Shown here: positions 54,581 to 64,000 of the stretch, piece after piece
How positions within the stretch are numbered: the first letter of the stretch is position 1
Layout: the number at the start of each line of letters is the position of its first letter
Origin: the human T2T-CHM13v2.0 reference genome, Homo sapiens
Strand: one strand, 5' to 3'
Assembly: GCF_009914755.1 (NCBI RefSeq)
Contig: NC_060943.1
Length of the DNA: 64,000 nucleotides
Program-made: the position numbers and the translations under genes
The notes under the pieces: model-generated
What the model was told of the DNA's origin: nothing
Databases searched by the model: none
What the model saw: only the letters and a program-made list of their open reading frames with translations

Positions 54581-55153
54581 TTAGAAGCAGCTGCCTTCCA
54601 CTGAGTGAAAAGAAAAGCCCGGGGATTTTTTTTTTTTTTTTTTTTTTTTTGAGACGGAGTCTCGCTCTGTCGCCCAGGCTGGAGTGCAGTGGCGGGATCT
54701 CGGCTCACTGCAAGCTCCGCCTCCCGAAGCCCGGGGATTTTGAAGTCAGCGCGTCAACTGAAATATTCAGGTTCTCACATTGGGACTGACTAGGCAAACA
54801 ACTTGACCCGGGAGAACAAAGAAAAGAGGGATGGATGATGATTCACCCTGTATTGGCAGAGAGCCAAAGGAACCATCTCCGGCATCCGAGGGAAACAGTG
54901 ACTGAGCGTGTGACCCCGCCCCAGAAACCATGCTTCTCCCATGGATCTTTGCAACCCATGGATCAGGAGATCCCCTCTTGAGCTCAGGTCATAAGGGCCT
55001 TGGGTCCAGGACACAGGGCTGTGTGGAGTGTTGGCAGAGCAGCCGCTCAGACACACATAGAGACCCAGGAGTTTCACATACTCTGGCCTTGGGATGCCGG
55101 GAAAGGTGGGAGTTCCGTCTATACATTCCCCCAGGAAGGGGGCTGAATTCAGC
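54558..55153 (+). mobile_element. Paralogous old L1 5'UTR head-to-head with copy B
   Basis: ggggcgggccaagatggccaattagaagcagc. Confidence 0.7.
54630..54726 (-). mobile_element. 5'-truncated AluYa5-like insertion
   Basis: Pure poly(T); GAGATCCCGCC diagnostic on minus strand; perfect 15-bp TSD aagcccggggatttt. Confidence 0.85.
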
Positions 55154-55385
55154 TGCTTTAGGAGTTTTTAAAACATTATTTTAGGCAGACAGAGAGGAAA
55201 AGGGGTCCTTGGGAAGTTTTGTTTCTTTTTAAAGCAGTTCCAGAAAAGAGTCTTGTCTAGCAGGAAAGCCCTGGCTTTTAGAGTTCTCTGGTAAGCTTTG
55301 ATTGGCAAATGCTGGCCATTAGAAACTGGGTCCGCCCAAACATGGGGATTCCCGCCCGCTTCTGGCCCTTGCCCCTCCCTGTGTA
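55154..55385 (+). mobile_element. Duplicate of the 33522 LTR, truncated by the satellite
   Basis: Aligns to 33522-33750, then switches to satellite at cctgtg. Confidence 0.8.
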
Positions 55386-57087
55386 CACACCCTGTGATAT
55401 TGGGAGTAATATAATCCTCTCCCCTCCTGAATATTACGAACAATATCACAGGGGATTTTACACCTTCTGTGATATTGGGAATAATAGCATCCTCTCCTCC
55501 TTTTATATTAGGAACAATATCCCAGGGGGTGTGTACACCCTTTGCGATATTGGGACTACTATCATCCTCTTCCCCACTGGATATTAGGAACAATATCACC
55601 GGGGGGTGTACATGTCCTGCAATTTTGGAAGTAGTATCATCCTCTCTTGCCTTTTATATTACAAACATTGTTACAAAGGGATGTACATCCTCTGCGATAT
55701 TGAAAGTAATATCATCGTCTCCCCCATTGGATATTATGAACAATATTACAAGGAGGAGTACACACAGGGTGTTAATTATATTGGGAGTAATATTATCCTC
55801 TCCCCCCTTAATATTACAAACAATATCACAGGAGGGTGTACACCCCCCATGATCTTGGGATTAATATAATCCTCTCCCTCCTTGGATATGACAAACGATA
55901 TCACAAAGTGTGTGTACACCCCATGCGATATGAGAGGTAGCATAATCCAAGAGAGGATTATAATATCTCTTGGATATCAGGAACCATATCACAGGGGAAT
56001 ATACACCCCGTGTGATATGGGGAGTAGTAGTATCCTCTTTCTCCCTGAATATTACAAACAATATAACAGGGGGATGTACACTCTCCGCGATATGGAAAGT
56101 AATATCATCCTCTCCTACATTGGATATTATGAACCATATCACAGGGGGGTGTACACCCACTGCGATATGGGGAGTAGTATCCTCCTCTCCACCTTTGGAT
56201 ATTATGAACAATATCACAGAAGGGTGTACACTTCCTGAGATATTCGGAGTAATATCATCCTCTTTTCACCTGGATATTATGAACACTATCACAGCGGGGT
56301 GTACACCCTCTGTGACATGGGGAATAATATAATTTTCTCCTCCCCTGGATATTACCAAAAGTATCACAGGGGGGTGTACATCCCCTGTGATATGAGGAGT
56401 AGTATCATCTTCTCCTCCCCTGAATATTAGGAACAATGTCACAGAGGGGTATACACCCCCTGCGATATGAGGAGTAATATCATCCTTTCCACCCTTGGAT
56501 ATTATGAACAATATCACAGGGGGTGTACACACAGGTTGTTTACTATATTGGGAGTAATATCATCATCCCCCTCTATATTATAAAGAATATCACAGGGGGT
56601 TGTACACCACCTGCAATATTGGGAGTAATATCATCCCCTCCCCCTCTGGATATTATGAACAATATCACTGGGGACTGTATCCCCCCAAGATATTGAAGAT
56701 AATATCATCCTCTTCCCTTTGGATATTACAAACCACAGAGAGGTGTACACCCCCTGCGATATGGGGAGTAATATTAACCTCTCCTTCCCTGGATATTACA
56801 AACCATATCACATGGGGGAGTACACACCCCGTGATATGGAGAGTAATGTCACCCTCTCTCTTCCTGAATATTATGAACCATATAAAAACCCCTGCGATAT
56901 GGGGAGTAATATTACCTTCTCCTCAGCTTAATATTAGGAACCATATCACAAAAGGGTATACACTCCCCGCGATATGGGGAGTAATATCACCCAGTATACC
57001 CCCTGGATATTACAAACCATATCACATCGTGGTGTACGCCTCCCATGATATGGAAAGTAATATCACCTTCCCCCTTCATAGATATTA

Positions 57088-57388
<301 letters not shown>

Positions 57389-59354
57389 TGTAGATATTAC
57401 AAACCATATCACATTGGGGTGTATGCCTCCCGCGATATGGGGAGTAATATCACCCTCTCCTCCCTGGGATATTATGAACCATATCACATAAGTGTGTATG
57501 CCCCACTCGATATTGAGAGTAATGTAACCCTCTCCCCAACTCAGTGTAACAAACCATACAACAGGGGGTTGTACACCCCCAGCAATATGGAGATTAATAT
57601 CACCCTCTCTTCTTCTGGATATTATGAATCATATCACAGGCGATGTACATGCCCCGAGATACAGGGAGTAATACCACCTTATTCCACCCTGGATATTATG
57701 AACCATATCACAGAGGGGTGTACACCCCCCACGATATGGGAGTAATATCACCCTCTCCCCTTTTGGATATTACGAACTGTATTTCACGGGAGTGTACACC
57801 CTTGGCGATATGGAAAGCAATATCACCTCTCTTAACCTGAATATTATGAACCATATCACAGGTGGGTGCACACCCACCACGATGTGGGGAGTAATGTCAC
57901 CCTCTCCTTCTCTGGATATTACTAACCGTATAACACCTCCTTCGATATTGGGAGCAATATTACCCTCTCCCCTCCTGGATATTACGAACCATATTCAAAG
58001 GGTGGTGTACATTCCCTGGAATATGGGGAGTAATATCACCCTCTTTTCTTCTGGATATTATGAACCATATCACAGGGGAGTGTACGCCATCCGAGATACA
58101 GGGAGTAATATTACTCTCTCCCCCGCTGAATATTACAAACCATATCACAGGGTGGTGTGTGTTCCCCGCGATATGAGGAGTAATATCACCCTCTTTTCTT
58201 CGGGATATTATGAACCATATCACAGAGGGGTGTACGCCCCCGCAATATGGGAAGTAATATCACCCTCTCCCCGTCTGGATATTACGAATCATATCACAGA
58301 AAAGTGTACGACCCCACGATATGGAGAGTAATATCTCCCTCTCCGCCCCCGGGATATCACAAACCATATCACAGGGGTGTATATGCCCCCCGCGACATGG
58401 AGAGTAATATCTCCCTCTCCCCTCCGGGATATTATGAACCATATCATAGTGGGGTGTATGCCCCACGTGATATGGGGAGTAATATCACCCTCTCCACCCC
58501 AAGATATTATGAACCATTTAACGGGGAGGGGTGTATGCCACCGCGATATGGGGAGTAATATCATTTTCTTCCTCCTGGGATGTTACAAACCATATCACGT
58601 GGGGGTGTACCCTGATATGTAACGTGATATGGGGAGTAATAGTACCCTCTCCCCCCGGGGATACTGTAAACCATTTCCCAGGGAAGTGTACACCCCCCGG
58701 TGATATAGGGAGTAATATCACCCTCTCCACCCCGGGATATTGTGAACCATATCACTGGGAGGGTGTAGCCCCCGCGACAGGGAAAGTAATATCATTGTCT
58801 CCTCCTTGGGGTATTTCGAACATGTCACGAGGGTGTGTAACCCCTCACTCGGTATGTGGAGTAATATCACCCTCTCCCTCCCTGTATATTATGAGCCATA
58901 TCACACCCAGGTGTAGGCCCCCGGTGATATGGGGAGAAATATCACCCTCTCAGCCCCCGGGATATTACGAACCATGTCACAGGGGAGTGTATGTTCCCTG
59001 CAATATGAAAAGTAATATTGCACTCTTTTCCCTGAAGTATTACTAACCTTGCCACAGAAGGGCGTATGCTCTTCGCTGTATGGGGAGTAATATTACCCTC
59101 TACCCCCTCCCCCACCGGGATATTTCGAACCATGTCACAAAGGAGTATATGGCCCTCGCGATATGGGGAGTAATATCACACTCTCCCCCCAAGGATATTA
59201 TGAACCATATCACAGGGGGGAGTACTCCTTCGCGATATGGAGAGTAATATCACCCTATCCACCCTGGGATATTACAAACCATATCACCAGGGGATGTAAA
59301 CTTCCCGTGATGTGGGGAGTAATATCAACTCCTTCCCTTAAGATATTTTGAACC

Positions 59355-61486
59355 GAGGCGGAAGTAAGGGTGAGAGGAGGCTGCAACGCCGATCGGAGGA
59401 GGCAGGAACCGGAGCTCTAGCAGTAGCTGGGTGGGCACCATGGCTGGGATCACCACCATCGAGGCGGTGAAGCGCAAGATCCAGGTTCTGCAGCAGCAGG
59501 CAGATGATGCAGAGGAGCGAGCTGAGCGCCTCCAGCGAGAAGTTGAGGGAGAAAGGTGGGCCCGGGAACAGGCTGAGGCTGAGGTGGCCTCCTTGAACGT
59601 GGGATCCAGCTGGTTGAAGAGGAGCTGGACCGTGCTCAGGAGCACCTGGCTACTGCCCTGCAAAAGCTGGAAGAAGCGGAAAAAGCTGCTGATGAGAGTG
59701 AGAGAGGTAAGAAGGTTATTGAAAACCGGGCCTTAAAAGATGAAGAAAAGATGGAACTCCAGGAAATCCAACTCAGAGAAGCTAAGCACATTGCAGAAGA
59801 GGCAGATAGGAAGTATGAAGAGGTGGCTCGTAAGTTGGTGATCATTGAAGGAGACTTGGAACGCACAGAGGAACGAGCTGAGCTGGCAGAATCCCTTTGC
59901 CGAGAGATGGATGAGCAGATTAGACTGATGGACCAGAACCTGAAGTGTCTGAGTGCTGCTGAAGAAAAGTACTCTCAAAAAGAAGACAAATATGAGGAAG
60001 AGATCAAGATTCTTACTGATAAAATAAAGGAGGCGGAGACCCATGCTGAGTTTGCTGAGAGATCGGTAGCCAAGCTGGAAAAGACAATTGATGACTTGGA
60101 AGATAAACTGAAATGCACCAAAGGGGAGCACCTCTGTACACAAAGGATGCTGGACCAGACTCTGCTTGACCTGAATGAGATGTAGAACGCCTCAGTCTCA
60201 CCCTGCTGCTGCTCCTCCCTCTGAACCAGACTCCGCCTGAGGCCAGCCTGCCCGAAGCTGACCTTTAATTGAGGGCTGATCTTTAACTGGAAGGCTGCTT
60301 TCTCCTTTCGCCGCCCCCTCCTTCCGCCGCCCGCTCCTTCCCTGTGTCTTTTTCACCAAACTGTCCGCCTCTTCCCGGAGATTCCAGCTGGGCTAGAGGC
60401 TGAGCACCTTTGGAAACAACATTTAAGGGAATGTGAGCACAATGCATAATGTCTTTAAAAAGTATGTTGTGATGTACACATTTTGTAATTACCTCTTTTG
60501 TTGTTTTGTAGCAACCTTTTGTAAAACATTCCATATAATACCACAGCCCTGAAGCAGCGATCGAATCCCTTTCTCACTTTTGGAAGGTGACTTTTCACCT
60601 TAATGCATATTCCTCTCTCCATGGAGGAGAGGAAAAGGTATAGGCCTGCCTTGCTGAGAGCCAAACAGAGCCCAGGGAGACTCCACTATGGGAAGCCTCA
60701 TTGCTCTGTACAAAGTACTAGCTAAGCCAGAAAGGTGGTTCCAGGAGGAGTTAGCCAAACAACAACAACAAAAAATGTGCTGTTCAAGTTTTCAGCTTTA
60801 AGATACCTTTGGATAATGTTATTTCTATTTTTTATTTTTTTCATTAGAAGTGACCAAATTAAGATGGCAAGACCTCTGAGACCAAAATTTTGTTCCATCT
60901 CTACCCCCTCCCAACTGCTTACAGAATGGATCATGTTCCCCTTATGTTGAGGTGAGCACTTAATTGCTTTTCTTGCCTCCTTGAAAGAAAGAAAGAAAGA
61001 AAGAAGATTGTGTTTTTGCCACTGATTTAGCCATGTGAAACTCATCTCATTACCCTTTTCTGAGTTTGAAGCTGCTGTCTCTACAAGTGCCATCTCATTG
61101 TGCTTTGTATCAGTCAGTGCTGGAGAAATCTTGAATAGCTTATGTACAAAACTTTTTAAATTTTATATTATTTTGAAACTTTGCTTCTTTGGGTTTGTGG
61201 CACCCTGGCCACCCCATCTGGCTGTGACAGCCCCTGCAGTCCGTGGGCTGGCAGTTTGTTGATCTTTTAAAGTTTCTTTCCCTACCCTGTCCCCATTTTC
61301 TGGTAAGGTTTCTAGGAGGTCTGTTAGGTGTACATCCTACAGCTTATTGGCTTAATATGTACTCTCCTTTGATGTGGTCTACTTGGGGCCGATTGGGAGA
61401 AAGAGAAATCAATAGTGCAACTGTTTTGTTAATGAATATTGACAAGTGTCTTTTTGAAATAAAGAACCAGTCCTTCAAAAAAAAAA
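59355..61486 (+). pseudogene. TPM3P5: Full-length processed pseudogene of TPM3 (non-muscle 248-aa isoform); likely TPM3P5
   Basis: ATG 59440 ([20 protein letters not shown]) to TAG 60185 ([11 protein letters not shown]); intronless; one 1-nt frameshift at ~59598; 5' and 3' UTRs; AATAAA 61458; poly(A); TSD agatattttgaacc/agacattttgaacc. Pseudogene number is from recall. Confidence 0.9.
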
Positions 61487-61913
61487 GACATTTTGAACCA
61501 TATCACAGGGGGGTGTATGTCCCTGCAATATGGGGAGTAATATCACTCTCTCCCCTCTGGGATATTACAAACCATATCACAGGAGGGTGTACGTCCCCAC
61601 AATATGGGGAGTAATATTACCCTCTCCTCCCTGGATATTATGAACCAAACCACAGGGGGCTTATGCCACCCGCGATATGGAGCATAATATCTTCCTCTAC
61701 TCCCCGGAATATTATGAACTGTATCACAGGGGAGTGTATGCCCTTCACAATACGAAGAGTAATATTACCCTCTCCCCCATGGGATATTACGAACCATGTC
61801 ACACCCCTTGCGATATGGGAAGTAATATCCCTGTCTTTCCTTCCGGATATTCTGAACCATATCACAGGGGGATATACACCCCCTGGGATATGGGGAGTAA
61901 TATCGTTCTCCTT

Positions 61914-62527
<614 letters not shown>

Positions 62528-64000
62528 TCACCCTCTCTTCTATTACAAACAATATTACAGGGGTATGTACACTTCCCGCGATATGGGGAGTAATATTACC
62601 CTCACCCACCCTGGATATTATGAACCATATCACAGGAGAGTGTACATCCCCCAAGATGTGGAGAGTGATAGCAGCCTCCTTCCCCAGGATATTATGAACC
62701 ATAACACACCCCCGGCAATATGAGGAGTAATATCACCCTCTCCCGACCTGGATATTACGAACCATGTCACAGGAGGGTGTACATGCCCCGAGATATGGGG
62801 AGTAACATTACCCTCTCCTCCCCTGGATATTACAAACCATGTTACAACCCCCGTGATATGGTGAGTAATATCACCCACTATATCCCCTAGATATTACAAA
62901 CCATATCACAGGAAGGTGTACGCCCCCCACAATATGGGGAGTAATATCAATCTCTCCCCTTCTGGATATTACGAACCATATCACAGGGAAGGGTATACCT
63001 CCCATGATATGGGAAGTAATATCACCCTCTCCAACTTGGATATTATGAACCATATCATAAAGGGGTGTCTGCACCCAGCAATATGGAAAGTAATATCACC
63101 TTTTCCTCCCCTAGATATTACAAACCATATCACAGGGGGGGTGTATGCCCTCTGCAATACGGGGATTAATATCACCCTCTTCTTTTCTGGTTATTATGAA
63201 CCATATCACAGGGGTTGTATGTCCCCCCGCAATATGGGGAATAATATCACCCTCTCCCCCCTGGATATTAGGAACCATATCACAGGGAAGTGTACTCCCT
63301 TCATGATATGGAAACGAATATCGACCTCTGCCCCCTGGATATTACTAATTATACCACAGAAGAGTGCACGCCCCCTGATATGGGGAGTAATATCACCATC
63401 TCCCCCTAGGGATATTATGAACCACACCACAGGGGGTGTACGATCCCCTCGATATGGGGAATAATGTCACCCTGTCTCCCCCGGGATATTACGAACCATA
63501 TCACAGGGGGTGTACACACCCCCCAAAAAGGGGGTAATATCAACCTCTAACCCCTGGGATATTAAGAACCATATCACACACCCCGTGATATGGAGAGTAG
63601 TGTCACCCTCTCCCCCTTCGAATATTACGAATCATATCACACCCCCTGTGATATGGAAAGTAATATCACACTCTACCCCCTGGGATATTACAAACCATGT
63701 CATGGGAGGGTGTAGTCCTTCTGCAATATAGGGATTAATATCACCCTCTCCCCCTCAGGATATTACAAACCCTATCACACCTTTTGCGATATGGGGAGTA
63801 ATATCATTCTCTCATCGCTGGATATTACGAACCATATCACACCTCCCAAGATATGTGGAGTAATATCATCGTCCTCTACCCTTCTGGATATTATGAACCA
63901 TATCACAGGGGGTTGTACACCCTTCGCGATATGAGGAGCAATATCACCCTCCTCTCTCCCCTGGATATTATGAACTATATCACAGGGGAGTTTACAACAC

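Larger units (their letters stand above)
48530..55385. repeat. Segmental duplication copy B
   Basis: As above; carries extra segments ~48670-48975 and ~50693-53000. Confidence 0.93.

Overview
Human/primate euchromatic DNA that is almost entirely repetitive. Content and motif spacing fit the chr19q13.2 PCAT19 locus (recalled, not searched). It contains about 25 Alus, MaLR/ERVL/ERV1/MER11 LTR remnants, a dead full-length and probably chimeric L1PA (39.6-45.8 kb), two large arrays of a ~73-bp palindromic SATR1/SATR2-type satellite (12.3-29.5 kb; 55.4 kb to end), a full-length TPM3 processed pseudogene inserted in the satellite, and a local segmental duplication (29.5-33.75 kb vs 48.5-55.4 kb, plus a third partial copy at 35.1-36.6 kb). 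The main finding lies inside the duplicated unit. Each main copy carries a compact, intronless minus-strand transcription unit (TATA, initiator, ORF, AATAAA) encoding a ~100-120 aa amphipathic protein. The flanks of the two copies are ~90% identical by eye, but the proteins are only ~54% identical, with ~44 amino-acid replacements, ~4 synonymous changes and one in-frame indel. This pattern suggests a small gene family under positive selection that I do not recognise as annotated. It sits at the PCAT19 promoters and overlaps the inferred prostate-cancer risk SNP positions.
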